Virus record (IMG/VR): IMGVR_UViG_3300005611_000164
Coordinates: 1-27,616 of that record
DNA length: 27,616 nucleotides
Direction: 5' to 3' (one strand)
From: a virus
Taxonomy: Duplodnaviria; Caudoviricetes
Below, one piece after another: positions 8,295 through 15,636 of the stretch (the first letter of the stretch is position 1; each line of letters starts with the position of its first letter). The translations under genes and the position numbers were made by a program. Under the pieces are notes generated by a model. That model was not told the origin of the DNA and did not search any database. It worked only from the letters and a program-made list of their open reading frames with translations.

Positions 8295-8817
8295 GCTCTA
8301 AATACTCCATAACGGTTTCAGGCGAGGTTTCGCCATATGGGTCTTCATCTGCGTTGTCACAGAACCCAGGTTCACTGAACAGTTTTTCAATCGTACCGTC
8401 CTTCACAACCATTGCATAACGCCAACTGCGATAACCAAACCCAAGATTGCTTTTATCAACAAGCATCCCCATTTTTCTCGTGAACTCGCCATTACCGTCT
8501 GGAATATATTTAATCTTACACACGTTCTGATCTAACATCCACTTACGCATCACAAATGTATCGTTTACTGAGATGACATAAACTTCATCCACACCCAATG
8601 CTTGAATCTTTTCGTAGTTCTGCTCAAATCCTGGAACTTGGAATGTTGAACAAGTTGGTGTAAACGCACCCGGTAATGAAAAGACAAGAACTCGCTTCCC
8701 ATCAAAGATGTCATCTGTCGTTACATCTGCCCACTTGAATGGATTATCTCCACCGATGGATTCATCACGCACTCGTATTTTGAATGTAACGTCTGGCACT
8801 CGATGCATTTCTGCCAT
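8269..8817 (-). CDS. peroxiredoxin, Prx5 subfamily
   Basis: FSLPGAFTPTCS active-site motif; SVND.FVM..W; GFGYRSWRYAM. Confidence 0.95.
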   Translation of the reverse strand: MAEMHRVPDVTFKIRVRDESIGGDNPFKWADVTTDDIFDGKRVLVFSLPGAFTPTCSTFQVPGFEQNYEKIQALGVDEVYVISVNDTFVMRKWMLDQNVCKIKYIPDGNGEFTRKMGMLVDKSNLGFGYRSWRYAMVVKDGTIEKLFSEPGFCDNADEDPYGETSPETVMEYLEHEYKIGAV

Positions 8818-8906
8818 TATTTTCTCCTATGTATGTAAAAAATTAACAATAATATGTATCAATCATTATCGTATTTTTGTTAGTTTCCTACAATGATATT
8901 TTTCAA

Positions 8907-9329
8907 TCAAGGCAATAGTGATATTCTATAACTATGAACTTTCCTATGACAGTTGGCACAAAGAACTGCACACTTGTCAATCTCTCTTTGGATAGTTTTC
9001 CACGAACCCGCACGATTGACGATATCGCTCACCTCTCCTTCTTTTTCGTGCTGGTTGATGTGGTGTAAATCTAAGCACTCTGTCGAGTCCTCACCACATA
9101 CTAAACAAGATTGATGTGCCTTCCATGATCTATATTGCTCTCGCAATCCTGCTTTTCGTTCCTTAACTCGTTTTCTTTGCTTTTCTTTTTGATCACCAGA
9201 TAAGTAATAGTTTCTTCTGTATTCTACCATACAGTTCCTACATCTACTTACCCTTTTGTTATTTGCTTTACTTTTCCACTGAAAGTTTTCATCTGGAAGA
9301 TTTTGATTACAACCGATACAAGTTTTCAT
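8907..9329 (-). CDS. free-standing HNH endonuclease with N-terminal Zn ribbon
   Basis: CxxC...CxxC; C..CGE....CLDLHH...EIDKC.VLCANCHRKVH. Start moved to the ATG at 9329 after AAGGGG because the longer ORF runs into the tRNA. Confidence 0.85.
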   Translation of the reverse strand: MKTCIGCNQNLPDENFQWKSKANNKRVSRCRNCMVEYRRNYYLSGDQKEKQRKRVKERKAGLREQYRSWKAHQSCLVCGEDSTECLDLHHINQHEKEGEVSDIVNRAGSWKTIQREIDKCAVLCANCHRKVHSYRISLLP

Positions 9330-9335
9330 TTCATT

Positions 9336-9380
9336 CCCCTTGGATTCTAACTTATTTATAAAGTTAGAGTTCTCAAGAAG
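9336..9380 (-). promoter_or_regulatory. T4-type late promoter (TATAAATA, 9360-9353) in the loop of an RBS-sequestering hairpin
   Basis: CTTCTTG-AGAAC-TCTAACTT-TATAAAT-AAGTTAGA-ATC-CAAGGGG: inner 8-bp stem, and the outer arm pairs with the SD. Confidence 0.8.
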
Positions 9381-9456
9381 TGGTCCCCTGGGTTGGAGTC
9401 GAACCAACAATCGTATCTTTAGAAGAGATATGCATTATCCATTATGCTACCAGGGG
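9381..9456 (-). tRNA. tRNA-Arg(UCU) with encoded CCA
   Basis: Cloverleaf: acceptor CCCCTGG/CCAGGGG, D stem GCAT/ATGC with A20, anticodon arm TATCT-CTTCTAA-AGATA, T arm GTTGG-TTCGACT-CCAAC, ACCA end. Confidence 0.95.
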
Positions 9457-10230
9457 TTAAACTGTTTTCCAATACTCACCTTCGCGGTCAGTATACAAAT
9501 CCTTTGCATCTGACGATCCACGTTCCTTTCGTGGTCCTTTCATATGATCCATGTAATCACCAAGCACACTGTTGATGAAGACATGATCATATGCCTTACC
9601 TTCTGGTGTCATATTATAGTTCTGCATCCCCTCGTTCTGTTCAAAGTGTCTACGGACGCAATCAAAGACAAAACTGTCGTGCCATTGAGGTAAGTTGAAA
9701 AGAGTATCTGTGGTGTATAGACTACGCCACATCTCTTGAAATGCTTCGTGCTTAGGATGCTTGGTGTTATAGATGACAAAACCACACTCACTGTAGTTAT
9801 TCTCACGCCCAAGATACGTTGTGTAGACTTCAGGGCATACCAGAGTATTCAGAAAGTCTACAGAAATGGGTGTGTGAGTAAAAACGTCAGCATCTAACCA
9901 AATCACATAGTCTGCGTCTGAGTATTTGTTCGCGGAAAACACGGAGAATGTCTTGTATGCAAACCGAACCGCACCCAAGTGCAACTCTAGTTTGTTCTGT
10001 TGATCAGGACGATCCTTGTGGCGATTGACGAATGCTTCACACTCAGGTTCCATCCTGTATAAGTCATAGACATTGACTCGATGTGTAGCGGGGATACCCT
10101 CAATATTTTCCTCAGAGTAAACTCTTAGGTTGATATTCTCATCCCAATTGTCAACAAAACTGTTGATCATACGATGACCAACCTTATCAAAGTAAGATTG
10201 GTTCATCGAGGTCACGACTTCAAACTTCAA
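9457..10230 (-). CDS. GT-A fold glycosyltransferase-like protein
   Basis: RFAYK...YVIWLDAD (DxD); SECGF; WHDSFVFD; DHMKG. Confidence 0.75.
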   Translation of the reverse strand: MKFEVVTSMNQSYFDKVGHRMINSFVDNWDENINLRVYSEENIEGIPATHRVNVYDLYRMEPECEAFVNRHKDRPDQQNKLELHLGAVRFAYKTFSVFSANKYSDADYVIWLDADVFTHTPISVDFLNTLVCPEVYTTYLGRENNYSECGFVIYNTKHPKHEAFQEMWRSLYTTDTLFNLPQWHDSFVFDCVRRHFEQNEGMQNYNMTPEGKAYDHVFINSVLGDYMDHMKGPRKERGSSDAKDLYTDREGEYWKTV

Positions 10231-10511
10231 CCTTCACGCTCCAAATCCCATTGCACTTTGTTTGGGGGACTAGGATGACTGTGCTTGCGTTGATCACTGA
10301 ACACCTTCCAAGTCGCAAATGCCATTAATATCACTAAAATGTGCCCAATAATACTGTAACCGATGAATAACAACTCAGCAGTGTAAATGCCAAATGCGAT
10401 ACACCACAGACTCGCCAAGATGCAACTCATCATAAACTTGTATTCTGTTGGTGCGTTTCTTAACCCGTTACGATTTGGGTTCAGTAGGTCTGTCAGTTTT
10501 ATCTTTTCCAT
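10227..10511 (-). CDS. hypothetical membrane protein (2 TM)
   Basis: Two hydrophobic segments; likely start at MEKIKL. Confidence 0.65.
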   Translation of the reverse strand: MEKIKLTDLLNPNRNGLRNAPTEYKFMMSCILASLWCIAFGIYTAELLFIGYSIIGHILVILMAFATWKVFSDQRKHSHPSPPNKVQWDLEREG

Positions 10512-10605
10512 CACCAAATATTCGCTCCCAATTTTCATCAAACTTTTTGCTGTTTACTTTTCTGGTTTGCGATCCTTTGCCACCATGCCACTTAGTCGTT
10601 GACAT
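10468..10605 (-). CDS. 45-aa phage protein (not in the ORF track)
   Basis: MSTTKWHGGKGSQTRKVNSKKFDENWERIFG...; GGKGS...F.ENW.RIF is a pattern I recall from small phage ORFs. Confidence 0.6.
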   Translation of the reverse strand: MSTTKWHGGKGSQTRKVNSKKFDENWERIFGDGKDKTDRPTEPKS

Positions 10606-10732
10606 TCTTGAGTTCCAGTTCCAACTCAATTATTTTTTTCTCTAACTTTGCTGCTTTCTTGTACTTGCCTTTGACTGATGCTTTCAGCAACTTCAACCAA
10701 AGTTGGGCAAGTTTGTTCTGCACATAACTCAT
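10592..10732 (-). CDS. 46-aa basic helical protein (not in the ORF track)
   Basis: MSYVQNKLAQLWLKLLKASVKGKYKKAAKLEKKIIELELELKNVND; ATGA overlap with the upstream gene. Confidence 0.6.
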   Translation of the reverse strand: MSYVQNKLAQLWLKLLKASVKGKYKKAAKLEKKIIELELELKNVND

Positions 10733-11202
10733 TTGAAATTTTCCACTCCGCTATCCGATTCGTTGTAATCGTTATCATCATTGATGCGTCTGACTGCTTC
10801 TGCGAGTCGTTCTTCTTCTTTCTTGACCCACTTTTCTTCTTCTGTTTTGTAGTATTCTTCGCGGTTAAAACCGATCTCAGTGATTGAGTTTTTCACAACC
10901 AGTTCGTCACTCCACACATCAAACGCACCACCATTGTCTTTACGCCATTGTGCGATTGCTTCTTCAAGGGATACTTCGCGGGTTGAGACGATTGTCTCTC
11001 CGATGTGCTCTTGTGAGAACTCACGCACATCTTCACAGGTTACAGAATCGCTTGCGTATGCTTCGGGTGTGCAAGGATATCTTCCAATTGGATTTTCAAC
11101 AGTATCCGGAATGCAACTTGGATTCTCTACATCATCTGGAACTTCTACCACATATCGCATACGGAACTGCGATATAGTATCAACCATCACATATTTTGAC
11201 AT
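10729..11202 (-). CDS. hypothetical phage protein
   Basis: VDTISQFRMRYVVEV...EFSQEHIGE.IVS.RE; AAGGA RBS. Confidence 0.75.
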   Translation of the reverse strand: MSKYVMVDTISQFRMRYVVEVPDDVENPSCIPDTVENPIGRYPCTPEAYASDSVTCEDVREFSQEHIGETIVSTREVSLEEAIAQWRKDNGGAFDVWSDELVVKNSITEIGFNREEYYKTEEEKWVKKEEERLAEAVRRINDDNDYNESDSGVENFK

Positions 11203-11203
11203 T

Positions 11204-11371
11204 TCACTTGTCCTTCAATTTCTCTATTCTACTGACAACTTTATGACCACTTTGACTAAAACTATTTCTCCGCATTGTAGCGGAGAGTGTTGCGTGTTGC
11301 TCATTGATTGCTCTGATGACTATTTCAAGACCATCAGAGAAAACGATTCGGTATGCAGATTTAGAACTCAT
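11204..11371 (-). CDS. 55-aa hypothetical protein (not in the ORF track)
   Basis: MSSKSAYRIVFSDGLEIVIRAINEQHA...KLKDK fills the gap between its neighbours. Confidence 0.55.
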   Translation of the reverse strand: MSSKSAYRIVFSDGLEIVIRAINEQHATLSATMRRNSFSQSGHKVVSRIEKLKDK

Positions 11372-11561
11372 ATATCCCTTTGTCGATTTGTGCGTCTGCT
11401 AACAAGTCTATGTATGCTTCCTCTTCCAAGGCATCAATCTGCTTTTGAAGTATTTGCCCCTGAATATATGCTTGGATGCCAACTGAAGTCTGTACAACCT
11501 CAGATGCCTGAAGAAACTCAACCGTGTCTTTCAACACGGCAATCAAATCAGAAGTCTGCAT
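11361..11561 (-). CDS. hypothetical protein
   Basis: Start trimmed to MQTSDL, after an AAGGTGG RBS. Confidence 0.6.
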   Translation of the reverse strand: MQTSDLIAVLKDTVEFLQASEVVQTSVGIQAYIQGQILQKQIDALEEEAYIDLLADAQIDKGIYEF

Positions 11562-11766
11562 AACCACCTTCCTTCTCAACAATGGCATATGCCTCTTCAC
11601 GAGTGTAGACTGTGAGTCCACGCTCTGCGATGTATTCTGGTCCAATCCAGATTACCTCACAGTAACGACCTGTTGCACCTTGTGCAACAGCGGCAGCACC
11701 CTTCACAACAGAAGGATAATCGACACCAGTGATGTCACACGAACCAACCCAAGTTTCAACGTACAT
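11548..11766 (-). CDS. hypothetical early protein
   Basis: Strong GAGGAG RBS, directly downstream of a sigma70-type promoter. Confidence 0.65.
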   Translation of the reverse strand: MYVETWVGSCDITGVDYPSVVKGAAAVAQGATGRYCEVIWIGPEYIAERGLTVYTREEAYAIVEKEGGYADF

Positions 11767-11795
11767 AATGTAACTCCTCTCTCAACTACAGGTGT

Positions 11796-11824
11796 AGTAT
11801 CTCACGATAGAGTTTGGGTGTCAA
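11796..11824 (-). promoter_or_regulatory. sigma70-type early promoter
   Basis: TTGACA (11824-11819), 17-nt spacer, GATACT (11801-11796); AT-rich upstream. Confidence 0.75.
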
Positions 11825-11845
11825 CAGTTTTATCATTGTATTTTT

Positions 11846-12454
11846 CTATGCTTCTTTATACATCGATATATCTGGATGTAGAAACGAGTTGAGTGCATAT
11901 CTTGCACCACTCGTGACAGGATTTGTGCCGTGAACCCAAAAAGCATCTGCGGGAAAAATCATCAAATCACCTTTGCCCAATTTAACTTGATATCGACCTC
12001 GAAAGATACTAAACTCACCACCCTCATAATCATTCACATCTGAAAAGTTTAATGTGCAACTTCCTCTATTGGTTTTACCATTCAAATAATCACCGACATC
12101 TGTATGTTGATGAATATTCATTCCATCATAATATTTGATAATTCTATATTTGTGACTACATTGTGTAAGAAGACTTAAAGTATCGGGTTCAAAGCAACCA
12201 AAATTGTTGATGTGCTTTAACCACTCCACGATACCTTTACCCGAATACTCATGGACATTTTCATATATGGAATCTTCTTTAAATACTTCCATGCAAAGAC
12301 CACTAGATTCAACATTATCATCATGTTCTTGATTATAAGATATCTCAAAAAACTTGCGATCTTCGGTTTGAGATTCATAGAAATCAATCACTTTGTCGCA
12401 TATTTCTTCGGGCACAAAATTAGGAATGTGTAGGGCGAGATCAATTAGTTGCAT
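11846..12454 (-). CDS. 2OG-Fe(II) oxygenase (prolyl-4-hydroxylase-like)
   Basis: HTD...YEGGEF...GDLMIFP...HG..PVTSGARY. Confidence 0.9.
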   Translation of the reverse strand: MQLIDLALHIPNFVPEEICDKVIDFYESQTEDRKFFEISYNQEHDDNVESSGLCMEVFKEDSIYENVHEYSGKGIVEWLKHINNFGCFEPDTLSLLTQCSHKYRIIKYYDGMNIHQHTDVGDYLNGKTNRGSCTLNFSDVNDYEGGEFSIFRGRYQVKLGKGDLMIFPADAFWVHGTNPVTSGARYALNSFLHPDISMYKEA

Positions 12455-12590
12455 CTTTACGTTCTCTATAAAATATGTAAGATTTTAATTGAAACAAGAA
12501 CTGTTTCGGTTGGTATCTTGGGTCAGCAACAGTGCCAAAATGCTTTAGCATCTCATCAAATGTCTTTTCCATTTCTTCTTTTGATATCAT
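12441..12590 (-). CDS. 49-aa hypothetical protein (not in the ORF track)
   Basis: MISKEEMEKTFDEMLKHFGTVADPRYQPKQFLFQLKSYIFYRERKDATN. Confidence 0.5.
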   Translation of the reverse strand: MISKEEMEKTFDEMLKHFGTVADPRYQPKQFLFQLKSYIFYRERKDATN

Positions 12591-12593
12591 GAT

Positions 12594-12618
12594 AAAAAGG
12601 GGGTCTTGCAACCCCCTT
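12594..12618 (-). terminator. rho-independent terminator
   Basis: AAGGGGGT-TGCAAG-ACCCCC followed by TTTTT on the minus strand. Confidence 0.85.
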
Positions 12619-12622
12619 CCCC

Positions 12623-12721
12623 CTATGTCGATTTTTCCTCTAACTTCCTTTCTAGTTGTTCAACCTTCCTGGACAATTTACGGATAAGTTCCCTGAGATT
12701 ATAGAAATCCCGGTCAGACAT
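12623..12721 (-). CDS. 32-aa coiled-coil peptide (not in the ORF track)
   Basis: GAGGAG RBS; MSDRDFYNLRELIRKLSRKVEQLERKLEEKST; stops just before the terminator. Confidence 0.6.
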   Translation of the reverse strand: MSDRDFYNLRELIRKLSRKVEQLERKLEEKST

Positions 12722-12766
12722 AAGTGCTCCTCTGTTACTTTAAGGAAATGGGCAATGTGCCCTCGA

Positions 12767-13000
12767 TTAGTCAAAACGACCATCTGGTGTAATGATTTCA
12801 ACTGATGTTGCATCATCCCAACCAAGTGCGTGTGCCAAAGCAAGCATGATACCTTCTTCAAATCCTTCACCTTTTTCTTTGGTGATACCGAAAGAAACGA
12901 TCATTGAACCACCATCAGCAGGTGCACCGTTAAACGCTTGAATTTGAAGATGGATTTCAGCACCATCCTTTACCCCGTCAAAAACATCAGTTTTTGCCAT
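12767..13000 (-). CDS. small late protein of unknown function
   Basis: AGGAG RBS, directly downstream of TATAAATA. Confidence 0.7.
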   Translation of the reverse strand: MAKTDVFDGVKDGAEIHLQIQAFNGAPADGGSMIVSFGITKEKGEGFEEGIMLALAHALGWDDATSVEIITPDGRFD

Positions 13001-13034
13001 TATAATCTCCTAAACTATAAGTTGTTTACCGTAC

Positions 13035-13042
13035 TATTTATA
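13035..13042 (-). promoter_or_regulatory. T4-type late promoter
   Basis: Exact TATAAATA overlapping the upstream stop codon. Confidence 0.8.
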
Positions 13043-13241
13043 ATTTTTTGTCAGATGGAATAGGTAAAACCTCAACGTTACCATTCTCATCTTCTACGGT
13101 ACGAATGTACCCCAAGTGCTCCAAGGCATTAAGTGTTGCTTCAACAGCAACATCTCGCCCACGACTCTCGCCCGCTTTGTACGAAAAATACGCACAGATA
13201 GCGATTGCTCCTAAGAATATCAACTCTACTGGAATCAGCAT
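13038..13241 (-). CDS. small protein with N-terminal TM helix
   Basis: LIFLGAIAICAYFSY hydrophobic stretch. Confidence 0.7.
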   Translation of the reverse strand: MLIPVELIFLGAIAICAYFSYKAGESRGRDVAVEATLNALEHLGYIRTVEDENGNVEVLPIPSDKKL

Positions 13242-13825
13242 AACACTTTCCTTTCAAACACATCATAAAACATACCTTGTACATTATCACACGAAACTGT
13301 CAACAGTTTCAACTGCTCTTCTGTACGAGGAAATACGAAAGTGAATAGCACATCACGGTTTTCTAATGCAACGTATTCCATGTAAGCAGCACGGTTTACG
13401 TTGTCCCTTCGATTTGCCCGTGTCTCAGGACCATAACAAGGTGTACTATCATATATATTCGCCACAGATATTTCAGAATCAATCAAGAAGTCAAACCCAA
13501 GACAGTAAACTTCCTTCGCACCCATCTTGATTGCCTCAAGCATTGCATTCATTCCTGCATTGGATCGAGGTTGGTATGGGTTGAACTCTTTGGGTTCAAA
13601 CTGCTCGTTGAATGGTGGGACGATGAATCGGTCACCATCGAACTCTCCTCGCTCGATTGCCCCTTCAACTTCTGAAACAATCGCATTGTCGATGGACACC
13701 AAGTAGTCGGGCGTGAAGTCTCTGTATAGAGCATTGCACCCGAATATGGTTCCCTTACCCCGCAACGACTCAAGATCGAAACCTTCACGCGATAGACCAT
13801 TGCCAATAATGAATGCTTTCACCAA
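13235..13825 (-). CDS. DUF115/MptE-like or sialyltransferase (GT42/Maf)-like protein
   Basis: AFIIGNGLS...FGCNALYRDF.PDYLV..D...NAG..A...GAKEVYCLGFD. Confidence 0.7.
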   Translation of the reverse strand: MVKAFIIGNGLSREGFDLESLRGKGTIFGCNALYRDFTPDYLVSIDNAIVSEVEGAIERGEFDGDRFIVPPFNEQFEPKEFNPYQPRSNAGMNAMLEAIKMGAKEVYCLGFDFLIDSEISVANIYDSTPCYGPETRANRRDNVNRAAYMEYVALENRDVLFTFVFPRTEEQLKLLTVSCDNVQGMFYDVFERKVLC

Positions 13826-14259
13826 TCTTGTGCTCTGTTCGGAATATATTCTTTGATTACAGGCATTGAGATGCCTTTTGGTAACTCTTTGTTGATCATG
13901 AGAAGAATCATTTCTGCATCATCAGGATCGACAGACTCAAGCATCTGTAGAAACATCTGCTCTCGCTTTGCTTGCTTGATATTGTGCACAGGCACATTAT
14001 CAATAGAAATGAAATAGTTCAGTTTCTTGCGTGTGATATCACGGATAAACTCATTCTGTAAATCCAACGACTTGTCTTTCTTTTCAAATGGTGGTCTACT
14101 TGCTGGGATCAAGAACTGAATGTTTGGACTCGCCAAGTAAGTAAAGAAGTCCTTTAGTGCGGGTGATGAAAAATCACGCAACACTTTGACCTTCTCTGCT
14201 TTGGTTCTACGATTACCCGCCTTCGCAACAATCTCAGCGATACCCTTTGTTACTGCCAT
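13819..14259 (-). CDS. conserved T4-like phage protein next to rnh (DUF6433-like)
   Basis: K.EKV.+L...P...PP+...KREQMFLQMLE.+.P.+AE pattern. Confidence 0.65.
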   Translation of the reverse strand: MAVTKGIAEIVAKAGNRRTKAEKVKVLRDFSSPALKDFFTYLASPNIQFLIPASRPPFEKKDKSLDLQNEFIRDITRKKLNYFISIDNVPVHNIKQAKREQMFLQMLESVDPDDAEMILLMINKELPKGISMPVIKEYIPNRAQDW

Positions 14260-14292
14260 TAAAACTCTCCAATGTGTTCAGTAAGATTTGTT

Positions 14293-14446
14293 AATCTATG
14301 TTTTACGAAATAGTTCATGAGTTTTTCACGACCATTACCTTTTGTTTCATACTGATTTAGCACTTCTTCAATCTATGTTTTACGAAATAGTTCATGAGTT
14401 TTTCACGACCATTACCTTTTGTTTCATACTGATTTAGCACTTCTTC
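14293..14446. repeat. exact tandem duplication, 2 x 77 bp
   Basis: 14293-14369 is identical to 14370-14446 (aatctatgttttacgaaatag...gatttagcacttcttc). Confidence 0.95.
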
Positions 14447-15202
14447 TGCAATGCTATTTGGAACTTTGTCCAAGTCAACCAACTGCTCATTACGTTTGTA
14501 GTTACGCAACATCTTCTCATCACAAAAGTCTTCGGGTTCTTGCCCCTGCCACTCTTCAATCTTAGTAGCACGGAGTGGTTTCTGTCTCTTGTCAGCAACA
14601 AAACAGTCATCATCAGATAGGAAGTTAGGAATACCATCACCACGATCACCTTTCAAAATGTGCTCTCGCTTGTATCTTTCAGGATTGTCTGTTCGTATGA
14701 ACTTATTCTGTTGTGGAGAATATTGATCGACATTTGTATATTTTTGCAACTGCATAAAGTCCTTGTCGGACGATAGAATCAGAATCTTCTCATCAACTTC
14801 TCGTGCTAAGATTGAACCATGAGCATGACACAGTGTCGCAATAATATCATCTGCCTCTGCACCATCAACACGAATCACCTTATATGGGAAGAACTCGTCC
14901 AACTCATCACGAATCGTATTCATTGTGTCAAAGATCAATCCCCAATCAAAACCACTCTGCTCCCGAATCTTTTTGCGAGATGCCTTGTAGTTTGGAAAGA
15001 CATCTCGTCTCCAATAATGATGATGATCTGTGCAGATGACAATCTCACCATACTTTTCATGGAAGCGATTGCGGTGTGCACGAATCGTATTTAGAACAAT
15101 ATGACGCATGAGATCGTTTGTGATCTCAGCACCATACCCTTTAGAACCAATCTGTAGCATCAGTGAACTGATCACCACTTGGTTTAAATCAACAAGAATC
15201 AT
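14357..15202 (-). CDS. rnh: T4-type RNase H (5'-3' exonuclease, FEN family); C-terminus altered by the duplication
   Basis: ILVDLNQ, YWRR...YKASR, EADDIIA, ILSSDKDF.QL, GDRGDGIPN. Confidence 0.95.
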   Translation of the reverse strand: MILVDLNQVVISSLMLQIGSKGYGAEITNDLMRHIVLNTIRAHRNRFHEKYGEIVICTDHHHYWRRDVFPNYKASRKKIREQSGFDWGLIFDTMNTIRDELDEFFPYKVIRVDGAEADDIIATLCHAHGSILAREVDEKILILSSDKDFMQLQKYTNVDQYSPQQNKFIRTDNPERYKREHILKGDRGDGIPNFLSDDDCFVADKRQKPLRATKIEEWQGQEPEDFCDEKMLRNYKRNEQLVDLDKVPNSIAEEVLNQYETKGNGREKLMNYFVKHRLKKC

Positions 15203-15205
15203 ACC

Positions 15206-15580
15206 TTAACCCGCAGGAACTACGGTTCTCCAACCCATTTTATATTGTTGCAACTCACCGTAGAACAAGTCTACCCAAGTGCCTGTTTTGAGATACGTTT
15301 GGATATTGCGGATGTAAGACTCACACTGGTGATACTTTGCCTTTGCACCTTTGATATCATTTCGTATCTCTGACTTATACTTTGCCATCAATGACTTCTG
15401 AGTCTTGATGTACTCTTTACAATTTTTCATAGATAGAGCATGATCATCAGGCAAAGCAACAACGGATGGGTGAACTGTTTTATATTCAGGTTCTCCTTTC
15501 GCTGCTCTTGCTTTTTCCAAACGTTCACGCAAAGCATCTCTTTGCTCTTCAGTCAACTTGCGTTTTTTACGAACTGCCAT
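15206..15580 (-). CDS. basic hypothetical early protein
   Basis: GAGGT RBS downstream of a perfect sigma70 promoter. Confidence 0.75.
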   Translation of the reverse strand: MAVRKKRKLTEEQRDALRERLEKARAAKGEPEYKTVHPSVVALPDDHALSMKNCKEYIKTQKSLMAKYKSEIRNDIKGAKAKYHQCESYIRNIQTYLKTGTWVDLFYGELQQYKMGWRTVVPAG

Positions 15581-15607
15581 ACGCACCTCTCATTACAATG
15601 TTTACAC

Positions 15608-15636
15608 ATTATAACTCATCAGATCGTCATTGTCAA
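15608..15636 (-). promoter_or_regulatory. perfect sigma70-type early promoter
   Basis: TTGACA (15636-15631), 17-nt spacer, TATAAT (15613-15608). Confidence 0.9.

Noticed and set aside
9330-9410. N-terminal extension of the HNH ORF given in the ORF track
   Set aside because: It overlaps the tRNA and hairpin; the ATG at 9329 has an SD and a late promoter.
10880-11892. Long + strand ORFs (227 aa, 122 aa) and the other + strand ORFs in the window
   Set aside because: They are antisense to well-coupled minus-strand genes, Ser/Thr/Cys-rich, and have no recognisable motifs; treated as shadow ORFs.
13282-13303. TTGACA...GATAAT inside the DUF115-like gene
   Set aside because: The spacer is only about 9 nt, incompatible with a sigma70 promoter.
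14293-14446. Repeat considered as a CRISPR array or att site
   Set aside because: Two abutting copies with no spacer, made of rnh coding sequence; no cas or integrase gene nearby.
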